This document shows, piece after piece, positions 28,001 to 48,469 of a DNA stretch of 48,469 nt (position 1 is its first letter; the number at the start of each line of letters is the position of its first letter). Location: contig JBODTK010000001.1 in the NCBI GenBank assembly GCA_050613775.1, positions 2,294,001 to 2,342,469 of the forward strand, read 5' to 3'. The notes beneath the pieces were generated by a model. It was not told the origin of the DNA. It searched no databases and saw only the letters and a list, made by a program, of their open reading frames with translations. The DNA is from Neocallimastix sp. 'constans' (taxonomy: Eukaryota). Made by a program: the position numbers and the translations under genes.

Positions 28001-28561
28001 TTATTAAATCTATATCTATCCATTATATTATAAATATAATATGAACAATTAATAGATATGAATAAAATATAATTAAATATACTAAAATTAAATTTATTAT
28101 TTTTATTATATTATATTATATTAATACTAATAATAAAAATTTTAGGTATTTGTGATATTCCTTGGGATGTTTATCAATTAAATGGAGGTTATTTAAATAT
28201 TGATGATGAACAATTATATAGTTATGAGCATCCAGCAATTGTTGGACCTCTTCCTTCTTTATGGTTACCAAACAAAAATAATATGAGTGCCGCGAAGGGA
28301 GAAGAACTTCTTGAAGCTTTAATTAAGGAATATAAAAGAATTCATATCAATGAATTAAATGAATTTGAAAATGATGATGAAGATTTCAATGATGAACATA
28401 TTGCAGAAGAAATTGAATGTGATAATGATCATCCAGAATGGATGAATAAAATGGGTAGAAGAATATATAAATATAAAAAGAAGTTAGGAGGTCTCTATAC
28501 CAGATCTATACAACGTTATGTAGATTATATTGTTCAAGGATTAAATTTCGGATTACGTTAA
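22158..28561 (+). CDS. OSCA/CSC1/TMEM63 (DUF221; RSN1/PHM7-like) calcium-permeable stress-gated cation channel, 6 exons
   Basis: Exons about 22158-22336, 22678-22783, 23096-24124, 25054-26971, 27250-27663 and 28146-28561. Family motifs: FCFLRNKFKIFYMPR, GFFSWI, VGVDAEVFLLFLKM, ILLPVNYSG, AFVTFKS, ATEPRDIYWKNI, FYINYIMLQAF, YKYQLLY...YESYG and YEHPAIVGPLPSLWLP. Multiple hydrophobic TM segments and an Asn-rich C-tail. Confidence 0.93.
27700..27878. repeat. Compound microsatellite, (AATATA)n then (AAAAT)n, in an OSCA intron
   Basis: Hexamer then pentamer arrays read directly from the sequence. Confidence 0.9.
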
Positions 28562-29041
28562 AAAAAAAAATAAAAATAAAAATAAAAATAAAATAAAAAT
28601 AAAAATAAAATAAAATAAAATAAAATAAAATAAAATAAAATATAATATAATAAAATTATAATAATAATAATAATAATAATTATTTTTTTTTTTTTCCATA
28701 AATATATATAATATGTATATATATATAATAAGAAAATAATAATGATAATAACAATGGTAATTAATAATTAATAATTAAAAGTAATAATAATAATAATAAA
28801 CGTTAAAATAATAAATATTTATTAAATGGAAAAAAAAATTATTTTTATATCTTTCTTTTTTTTTTTTTTTTACGAATTTTTATCATCAACATTTAAATAT
28901 TTAGTTATATAATTTTTATGGGTAATGATTTTTAATGGTGTATAGGTGTATGTGTGTTTCTTTTAATATAACAAAAATTTATTTAATTCAAAAAGATTTA
29001 ATTATATAATAAATAATTATCAATAAATGTATATTTACATA

Positions 29042-29299
29042 ATCCTTCTTGGTGGAATTACAGCTGTAGATGAGCTACAATTCGATAATGATGAACATAG
29101 ACATTTAAGTGAACAACTCTCAAACAGTTCACTGGGGTCTACTGTACCCTATAATATTGGGACTTTCGCTTTTATCTTGCTAAAACAATACCTATTACTA
29201 GTAACACTCTTGAGTTTCTTTTTTTTTTTTTTTTTTTTTTTTAATTGATTTAGTAAGAAATCCTTTAGTACCAAGAGTGCCGTCGTCATATTGATATGA
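29042..29299. ncRNA. Candidate structured ncRNA or 3'-UTR element of about 260 nt (island C), family unassigned
   Basis: GC-enriched island with serial hairpins: tgtag/ctaca 29065-29079, gtgaac/gttcac 29109-29132, ggggt/accct 29134-29150, cactcttg/caagagtg 29205-29279 with inner tttctt/aagaaa, and tcata/tatga 29286-29299. An alternative long-range pairing joins ttcttggtg 29046-29054 with taccaagag 29269-29277. Confidence 0.5.
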
Positions 29300-29638
29300 G
29301 TTATTTTATTCTTTACATTAATTAAATTTTTTTTTTTTTTTTTTAATTTTTATTTTAATTTTTTAAATACAATGTACATTTTATTTCAATCTATAAATTA
29401 TATAATGTATTTTTTTTTTTTAAAAAAAAAAATGTTAATACATAAAAATACAATGATCTATTTTATAAAGTACTGAAAGTATATTCTCTTGTCAAAAAAA
29501 AAAAAAAATAATAATCATAATCATAATAAGAAATAACTATAGATAATATTAGTTAGTTGAAAGATAAATTTATATATGTATATAATTAATTTTCAATAAT
29601 TATTTTATCATGGTGACTCAAAATATTGATATATTAGC

Positions 29639-29673
<35 letters not shown>

Positions 29674-29929
29674 CATATCCTTTAATAAAAATCTACAAAA
29701 AAAAAAATCTAAAATATAATAAAAATAATAATAAATAATTAAAAGTTAATAGTTAATAATAATAAATATTTTAATAAATAAAAAAATAAAAAGTATTTTT
29801 TATTTCATTTTTAAAAATTAAATTAATTTTTTTTTTTATATATATATTTATTTTTTTAGTTTATTATATAATTTATTATTCAATATTATCTTTTTTTAAT
29901 TTCATATTTTTTAATTATTATTTTTAAAA

Positions 29930-29967
<38 letters not shown>

Positions 29968-30386
29968 AAATTAAAATTAATTTTTTTTTTATATATTAAA
30001 ATAAATTGTTTATAAAAAAAAATTAATTCAAAATCATTAATTTTTAATTTATTTTAATATATTAAAAATAAATAAATAATAATATAAATAAATAAATAAT
30101 AGTAAATAAATAAATATATTTTACATATATTTAATAAATATATATATTTTTTATATTTAAATTAAGAAAAAATTTTTTTTTTTTTATTTCTTTACTTGTT
30201 CTATTAATTATAATTTAATATTAAATTTTTTTTTTTTTTTAAAAAAATAAAAGAAAACTTTAAATTTTAATATTAAAAAAAAAAAAAAAATTAATATATA
30301 TATATAATTTTTTTTATTTTTATTTTTTAGTATTTACTTATTAATTGAAAAAAAAAAAAACATAAAAATATATTTTTTTTATTTAA

Positions 30387-33938
<3,552 letters not shown>

Positions 33939-34406
33939 AATGTTTTATAATATATATATATATAAATATATAGAATTGTTCTCAATGAAAATTATTTTAT
34001 ATTTATATATATGATAAAAAAAATTTTTTTTTTACATAAAATTTTAAATTATTTAATTATTTTATTTATAAGTAATAATAATAATAATAATATTAATATT
34101 AATAATAATTAAAAAGCATATATATTGAATATGTATCATAAATAAATAAATAAAAAAAAAAAAAAAAAAAAAAAAAAAAGAAAGAAAGAAAAAAGAAAAG
34201 AAAAAAAAAATTTTTTTTTTTTTATACTTTCTAATTAATCTATTATTTTAAATGAAAATTTAAATAAAGAAAAGTAATAAAATAGTAATATAAGAAAAAT
34301 AAATAATAGTTTTTATTTTTATTTTATTTTTACTTTTTTTATTTTTTATTTTATTTTTTATTTTATTTTTTTATTTTATTTTATTTATATTTTTTTCATT
34401 TTTTTT

Positions 34407-34460
<54 letters not shown>

Positions 34461-34615
34461 TTTTAATTTCACTTCTATATTTTAATATTTTAAATATTTG
34501 CATTATAACAATTATACTTTTTTTTTTATAATAAATAATTTAAAATATATATATATATTGATAGAGGGTTTTTTTTTAAAAAAAAGATATAAAATGTTAT
34601 TTAATAAACAAAAGT

Positions 34616-34639
<24 letters not shown>

Positions 34640-34654
<15 letters not shown>

Positions 34655-34730
34655 AATTATTATTATTATTATTATAATTATTATTATTATTATTATTATA
34701 ATTATTATTATTATTATTATTATTATTATA

Positions 34731-34799
<69 letters not shown>

Positions 34800-34800
34800 T
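34640..34800. repeat. (TTA)n microsatellite between the convergent RUVBL1 and asparaginase 3' ends
   Basis: Read directly; it explains the poly-Asn ORF 34512..34811. Confidence 0.9.
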
Positions 34801-34830
34801 TTCATTCTCATTTGTATGCATTAAATAGTT

Positions 34831-40257
<5,427 letters not shown>

Positions 40258-40601
40258 TTTTTTTTTCTTGTTCTTTTCTTTCTTTCTTCTTTCTTTTATT
40301 TGTTTGTTTATTTACTTTTTTGTCAGTCTTTCTCTTTTTTTTTCTTTTCTTTTCTTTTTATTTCTTGTAACTTACTTTATAGTAATAAAAAATTTTTAAT
40401 AAAAGTCATAGCTATATTAAAATAACATACATATATTTTTTGATATATTATAAAGTTTTTAAATAGTTATTTATTTAATATAAATGTATATATATAAATA
40501 TTAATATAAATATATCTATGGTATTAAAAGTATGAGAAAAATAAAAAATAAAATAGAGTTTTATTAATATGTATATATATATATATGTATTGTTATCAAA
40601 A

Positions 40602-40656
<55 letters not shown>

Positions 40657-41073
40657 TTTACTATTTATTTTAGTTTTTGCAAAGCAACCTTTTTCTTTTT
40701 CTACCCTTATTTTATATTGTTATTAATGTTATAAATAAATTATTATATTAATAATAATAGAAATAGCAATAAATTATAAATAAATTATCAAAATTATTTT
40801 TATGAAGAGTATTTATTAGGATTTATATAAATTATTACTTTTTGTTTTATTATATAATTTAAAATTTTTAATTTTAAATGGTTATGATACCTTTTTTCTT
40901 TATCTACAAATAACTAAATTAAAAAATAAAATAAATATATAAATAAATATATAAATAAACATATATATATAAGTAAATAAATATATAAATAAGTAAATAA
41001 ATTTTTAATTAAAAATTTTTTTGATAAAGTTAATTTTTGATTTCTTTATCTTTTTTTTATTTTTTATTATTAT

Positions 41074-41115
<42 letters not shown>

Positions 41116-42025
41116 ATAATTTTAATTATTAAATAAAACTTTTTTTTTTCTAAAAAAAATTATATTTAAAATAATAATTATTAAAAAATATATATATATA
41201 TATTTATTCATTCATTAAATTATTAAATGAAATAAAAGAAATAACAAAAAATGGTTTAACCATAAATAAAGTCTATTACATTTTATTTTTTTTTTTTTTT
41301 TTTAATATTAAAAGAAAAGAAAAAGAAAAAGAAAAAAGAGTATAATATTATATCTATATAAAATATAATTAAAAAGTTTTTTTTAAACCATTACAACATT
41401 ACAACAGATCTTAGAAACAAAAAAAAAAAAGCTTTTTCTTATTTTTATATATTTCATTTTTATATATAAACATTCAATAATGTTATTTAATGAAAAAATT
41501 AAAATAAAAATAAAAACTAAAACTAAGAATTAATATTAAATTATTTTTTTACTAATTTTTATTTATTTGTTAATTATTATTTAATATTTTTATTTATAGT
41601 TTATTTTTTTATTATTATTTTTATTTAAATTCCATTTCTATTGCCTTTTCTATTTTTATTATTATAATTTATTTTTATTATTATTATTTATTTATTATTA
41701 TTATTTATTATTATTATTATTTATTATTGTGTTTGAATTTTTATTATTCTTTTTTTTTTCTTTTCTTTTTTAAATATAATTTTTATAATTATAATTTTTA
41801 TTTCTAAATCTTTAATCAAACTTTTACTTCTTATTATTATTATTATAATTTTCTTATCTACGAAATTTTATTAATAGAAAGAAAAAAAATATAACAAAAG
41901 ATAACGAAAAATAAAAAAGATAGGAAAAAATAAATTAAAAATTTATATATTATTGAAATTTTTTTTTTTAATTTTTTACTTTTTTTTTAATTTTTTAAAA
42001 ATTTTAATTATTAATAAATTATTTC

Positions 42026-42057
<32 letters not shown>

Positions 42058-44499
42058 ATTTATAATTAATTTTTGTTTCTACATTTTTTAGATATCAAAA
42101 AATAAAAAAGGTTTTAATACCTATTTTTCTTTTTTAATTTTTTTTTTATTTTTTTTATATATTATTTTTTTTAAATTTTTAAAATCATTTAATTATAGAA
42201 TGCTTGTTTACTTAAAAACATGAAATTAATGAATATATTTCAATTTTGATAATAATAATAATAATATAAATTAATGGAAATAATTTATATTTATATAATT
42301 AAAAAAAAGACAAGAAATAAAAAAAAATAAAAAAGAATAAAAAAAAATAAAAAAGAATAAAAAAAAAAAAAAACACTATATATATCTAAATTTTTATTTT
42401 GATTATTATTACAACCTTTTATATTTATCAATTAATTTTTTATTTTTATTTTTTTTTTTTATATTTAATTTTTTATTCTTCTTATATTTATATTGTTGAT
42501 TATATTTTATTGTCTTTAATTTGTAGTAATAGGGTAAATCATCTTCTTCAAATTTAAAAAACCATTCTCTCGTAATTGTCGATTCCGTTATCTTTAATTT
42601 TTTTTTAATAATAAAAAATGTTTTAACATACAATTTACATCAAAAAAAATAAAATATATATATATATATTAATAATCATTTTCTTTTGGGGTATTTTTTT
42701 TTTATTTTTGTAATTTTATTTTTAGAAATTTCATATTTCTCTAAGCGTAACTTCTATTAGAATTTTTTAATTGATAGTATATTATTTTTAATTTCTTATT
42801 TTAAATAATATATATTTTTTTTAATTTAAAAAAGAAAAACTAGGATATACATTCTATGAGGTAATTTTTTTTTCTTTTTAAAAAAAAATAAATAAATAAA
42901 TACATTAATTGTATGAATTTTTATTATTATTTTTTTTTAGTTAAAAGTAAGATTTATGAAGCTTTATTTTTTAAATCTCTAATTTTATTATTAAACATTT
43001 CTTATTTATTTTTATTTAATAGCGAATAATATAAAAAAAAAAAAAAAAAAAAAGTAGTATCAATAATTAAATTTTACACTAATTCATTATATATCATATA
43101 TTTTTTAATAATATAATTGCTTTTTAATTTTAATTTTTATTATAATATGATATATTATTATTATTTGTTATTATTATTATTATTATTTATTATTAACTCT
43201 TTTTTATTCTTTCTATTATTACAGTTTTTCTTTTTGAAAAAGATAAATAAAATAATATTAAAAAGAATTAAAAAGAGTTGAAAACAATTTTAATTAATAA
43301 AACACTTAAAATAATTAATAATAAATTTTATTTTGGTCCTTCTTTATTTTATCGCTAATCCATTATATAATTTTAAATGTTTTTTTTTTATATGATCATA
43401 AACAATAATAATCTAAATTTTTTTATTTTTTATTTAAAAATTTATTTTATAATATATTTATTTATATATTTTTTTATTTTAATAATTAATAATTTATAAA
43501 TACATTTACAGATTTTAATAATATACATAATATAAAATAAAATATTAAACTTAATATTAAATAAAAAAATATTAAAACTGCTAAATATAAACATTAAAAA
43601 TCAGAAATGATCCTTTTATTTTATTATATGTTTATTTATTTATTTTATTTCTTTTGTTTCATTAAAAAAGTCCAAATTCATTTACGAATATGTCATTACT
43701 AATTATTTTATAATCATTTTTCTATAATAGTCTAAACATTATTGGTAATATTCAACGTTACTGAAATATTTTATATTTAATAATGTACAATATAATTAAA
43801 GACATAGCTGAGATATTCAACAAAAATTATTTTAAATCAAAAAAAAAAAAAAAAAAAAAAATTCAATAATTATAAAAATCTTTAATTATATTAATAAAAG
43901 TTTAAGAAATTGTAAATAAATATTTATATATATAATATTTAAAAAAAAAAGGTTTGGTAATAATTAAAATGGTATTCAATCTTTATTTTATTTTCTAGTA
44001 ATCAAACAATATTTCAATTCAATTATTAATTTTTTTTTATCTTTTTGATTTCAACTTTGTATTTTTTTAGTTTTTATTGTTTGTTACTTTTTAATTTTTT
44101 AAATTTTATTTTATTTTTCTTTTTTTTTTTTTAAAAAGAAGAAAATCAGTAATTTATTTAATTTCATTTTATATATTTACATAGTTATAATTAAAAATTT
44201 ATTATAAAAAATTGTTTATTAATTAAATATTTATCTATTTATTATCTATCTATTCATTTAATTATTTATAATTAAAAAGTTAACTTAAAAAAGGAAAAGA
44301 TTCCAAACTTTATTTTCTAATAAAATGTAATTTGATACTAAATAAATATTTAAATATATAATATATAATTAATGTATTGTAATATATTATTTACTTTTAT
44401 GGATTAATTTTTTAAAGTTTTAAAAAATAAAAAAACTTTTTTTTAAAAAAGTAAATAATAATTAATAATTAATAAATAATAATTAATAATTAATAAAAT

Positions 44500-44762
44500 A
44501 ATAAATAATAAATAATAAATAATAAATAATAAATAATAAATAATAAATAATAAATAATAAATAATAAATAATAAATAATAAATAATAAATAATAAATAAT
44601 AAATAATAAATAATAAATAATAAATAATTAAATAATAAATAATTAAATAATAAATAATTAAATAATAAATAATAAATAATAAATAATAAATAATAAATAA
44701 TAAATAATAAATAATAAATAATAAATAATAAATAATAAATAATAAATAATAAATAATAAATA
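44500..44762. repeat. (AATAAAT)n heptamer tandem array upstream of POC1
   Basis: Read directly; it produces the artefactual LLFIIYY ORF 44443..44970. Confidence 0.93.
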
Positions 44763-45087
44763 ATGAATTAAATTTTAGAATTATGTCAAAAAATAAAATT
44801 TTTAAAAAAAAAAAAAAAAACAATTTTTTACATATTTCAAAAAAAAAAAATAAAAAAAATAAAAAAAATAAAAAATAAAAAAAAATAAAAAATAAAAATA
44901 ATAAAAAATAAAAAAAATAAAAAATAAAAATAAAATAAATAAAAGTACCGATAATATTTAAAATAAACAAATATTACAATATCAAAATATTGAAGGAAAA
45001 AAAATAAATAAATCATTATTTTTAATATAATAATTTATATTAATTGTTATTCTATAATAAAAATTTTATTATTTCAATAATTGAATA

Positions 45088-46173
45088 ATGGTAATTACAA
45101 TTTATATTTCTCTTATTTAAAATAAAATATTATAAACATATATCGATAACAAGATATTTAATATTAAATATTAAATATTTCCATACTTGATAAAAATGAA
45201 AATAACAATAAAAATAAAAAATTAAAACAGGATATATTTATATTTTTTAAATATTCAAATAAAGAAAAAAAAATTTTTTTAATTAAATATATTATTTAAT
45301 TTGCTGCGCAATACATATTTTGAATTGAAATAAAATATTTTTTTTATTATATATAAATATTTATAAAAGTTTCAAAGTATTTAATGAATATAAATAATTA
45401 TTTAAAAGAAATGAAATAAATATTATATATATATATATAAAAAGTTTTAATTAAATAAATTGGAAAATCTTTTAATTATAATATCAGTATTTCAATATAT
45501 GAACAATTTTTATTAAAAACTTTGTTTTTTGAAATAATTCATATAAAACAATATAGATAAAAAAAATTCATCAAAAAAAAAAAAAAAAATCGATATATAT
45601 TCAAAAAATTTGTTAAAAAAATATATATATAAATATTTATAAATTGATTATAAATATACATAAATAGGCATTTGGACCTTCAGAAGACCCAGAATTAGAA
45701 CGCTCATTTTTTGGGCAAAAGGGTAAAATAACATGTGTATCATTTAGATCTTCAATGACACAGATGGCATCGGGTTCAACAGATAATTCTGTAATGGTGT
45801 GGAATTTCCCTGCCCATCTAAGAGCTTATAAATATACAGGACATACCGTAAATAATTTCATTTATAATATATAATAATTAATAATATATAATATTTAATA
45901 ATATAATAATATATAATATGGAAATATGAAATATAAAAAAAATATATAAATTTTTATATATTAATTGATATTAATAATACTATTATATATATATATATTT
46001 ATTTAACAATACATATTAAATATATTTATATTAAAATAATTATTAATAATGATATGTTAATATTAATATAATAAAGGGACCTATAACAAGTGTTCATTTC
46101 TCACCATCGGGAAGACTGTTAGCATCTTCCTCTAAAGATTGTACTGTCAGATTATGGACACCTAGAGCGTAAG

Positions 46174-46211
<38 letters not shown>

Positions 46212-46738
46212 TCTTTTTTTGTTTTTATTTTACTATATTAAATATCCATATATGTTAATTATTAATTATATATATATATTAATTTATTATTATTATTATA
46301 ATTATTTATTTATTTTATTTTATTTTATTTTTCAATATATATATATAATTATATATAAAATTAATATTTAACATGAAATAAATATTTTTATTTGATAATT
46401 TATATATTTAATATATAAATATATATATTATAGAAAAGGTGAAGTTTCAGTATTTAAAGCACATACCTCTGCAGTAAGAGCAGTACAATTTTCAAAAGAT
46501 GGTAAATCACTATTAACAGCATCAGATGATAAAAGTATTAAAATATGGTCTACTAAAGGAATGAAATTTCAACATTCTTTGTTAGGTCATTTGAATTGGG
46601 TAAAAACTGCTTGTTTTTCACCCAATTCTAAATTAGTATTAAGTGGTAGTGATGATAAAACGGTAAAACTATGGGATGTCCATAATAAAACTTGTATAAA
46701 AACGTTTTGGGTTCATAAAGAGTAAATTATCAAACATC

Positions 46739-46773
<35 letters not shown>

Positions 46774-46865
46774 AAAAAGAAAAAAAAAAAATTAAAAATT
46801 AAAAATATTAATAGAAATAGTTAAAAAAAAATAAAAAGAAATAATAATAATAATAATAATAAATA

Positions 46866-46902
<37 letters not shown>

Positions 46903-47679
46903 GTAATACCAATAATAGTAATAGTAACAAATACGAAGTTTATATACTTTATTTTTATTTGATTTTATTAATTTATTAAATATATATTCTAATTATAATA
47001 TGATATTAATATAATTTATATATTATATTATATATATAGTTCAATTAATAATGTACAATTCCATTCATCGGGATCAATTATAGCATCATGTTCCGATGAT
47101 AATACCATTAAATTAATTGATATTAGAATGAATAAATTAATTCAACTATATGAAAATGCTCATGAACATACAAGAAAAAAAACGAAAGGGGTTACCAGTA
47201 TTTCATTTGGTGGAGCTGACAATGAATATTTATCAAGTTCAGGTGTTGATGGTTTAATAAAGGTAATTTATTTTATTAAAAAAAATTTTTTTTCTTTGTT
47301 TTTATTTTTATATTTATATTTTTTTTATTTTAATTCTAATATTACATTATTTCACTATATTATAATCTTTATTATAAATTTATATATATAATTTACCTTT
47401 ATTATATTCATATAAATAAGATATGGGATTTAAAGGAGGGTCATTTATTATATACATTATATGGTCATAAAAAAGGACCAACATTAGCAACAACCTTTTC
47501 AAATGAAGGTAATTACTTTGCAACAACAGGATGTGATGAGCAGGTACTTCTATGGAAAAGTAATTTCAAAGAAGAATATAATAATGAAAATGAAAGAAAT
47601 TATAGTACCTATTCACCAAGTATGAATGATAAGAACAAAAAAAAATAAAAAATAAAATTATTTTTTTTTATTTATATTC

Positions 47680-47722
<43 letters not shown>

Positions 47723-48469
47723 TTAAATAAATGAATAATAGTACTAAAAAAATTTTTTAATGTTTTTTTTTCTTTTTTTTTTTTTTTGGATAATAGAACC
47801 TGTAATGACTACCTATAATAAAAATAATGAAAATTCAGTAAGTTAATTTTAATCTTTTTTTTTTTTTTTTTATTTATTTATTATATAAATTATAATATAA
47901 AAATGAAAAATTTTGCATATTTATTTTTAAATTCTATTAATAAATTAATATATATATATATATATATATATTTTTATTCATATTAGAATATGAGATATAA
48001 TAATAATAATAATAATAATGAAAATTCGATTAATAATAGTTTTAGAAGTAATATGGAGAATAGAAGTAAACCAATTATTTCTCTTTCATCAATCAATCAA
48101 GATAGTTCAATTCCAAATACAGAATATGAATCCTCTCCTACAAATAATGATATTAATATATCAGTGAATGAAAATAACATCATTAATAATTCTGATCACC
48201 AAAATAGTTTAAATAATGAAAGCAATATCCTTTCCCCTAATCTAGAAATAAATACATCAAAATCTAATAATGATTCTTCAATAAATATACCAAATTCTAA
48301 CCCTAATATTACTGCCGCTACGAATAATAATAATAACAATATCACTAATAATAGTAATACAAATAATAATGAAGGTAATAAAAATAGTAAAAGTCTTAAT
48401 ATTAATCCTGATTTTAAAGAAAATAATGATATGACAGTTTTATTAAAACAAATTATTAAGCAAATGGAT
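45088..48469 (+). CDS. POC1: POC1 centriolar WD40 protein, truncated by the window end; start inferred as an ATG-only first coding exon
   Basis: The exon from 45668 encodes [26 protein letters not shown]...[16 protein letters not shown]...RAYKYTGH, matching the POC1 N-terminus EDP.LER.F.GH. Further WD repeats: [45 protein letters not shown] and [16 protein letters not shown]. After an Asn-rich linker comes LKTIIKQMD, resembling the start of the Poc1 coiled coil. ATG|GTAATT lies at 45088-45096. Confidence 0.9.

Noticed and set aside
29042..29100. U4atac or SRP Alu-like 5' end (atccttcttgg; ggtgg..ctgtag..agctac)
   Set aside because: Only short word matches. No correctly spaced stem I or Sm site, and no SRP helix-8 motif.
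29150..29172. RNase MRP RNA, suggested by minus-strand GCGAAAGUCCC resembling CR-I
   Set aside because: There is no downstream GGGCUU/GGGCUC strand to form P4, so the defining pseudoknot is missing.
29027..29248. 73-aa ORF overlapping island C
   Set aside because: It starts in an AT dinucleotide stretch, ends in poly-Phe from a T-run and has no recognisable domain. Hairpin structure explains the GC content better.

Overview
This is extremely AT-rich, intron-dense eukaryotic nuclear DNA, saturated with poly(A)/poly(T) runs and AAT/TTA microsatellites. The composition, fungal-type proteins and a centriolar POC1 gene (implying a flagellated stage) fit an anaerobic gut fungus (Neocallimastigomycota); that assignment is inference. 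I assembled six spliced genes by hand from GT-AG introns: a PX-BAR sorting nexin (-, 3118-6074), the PP4 regulatory subunit PSY2/SMEK (+, 10923-17682), an OSCA/CSC1/TMEM63 channel (+, 22158-28561), RUVBL1 (+, 30432-33938), an ankyrin-containing L-asparaginase (-, 34867-40257) and POC1 (+, from about 45088, running off the end). Most short ORFs in the track are low-complexity artefacts. The main unexplained signal is three GC-enriched, non-coding, self-complementary islands (about 18856-19140, 19728-20110 and 29042-29299). They share short motifs, and I could not assign them to a known RNA family. The middle one has end-to-end pairing, a long helix, a possible pseudoknot, a telomerase-template-like segment and a flanking 29-bp duplicated element. 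Splice signals are also unusual: many AAG acceptors, some directly preceded by poly(A) instead of a pyrimidine tract, and weak donors.
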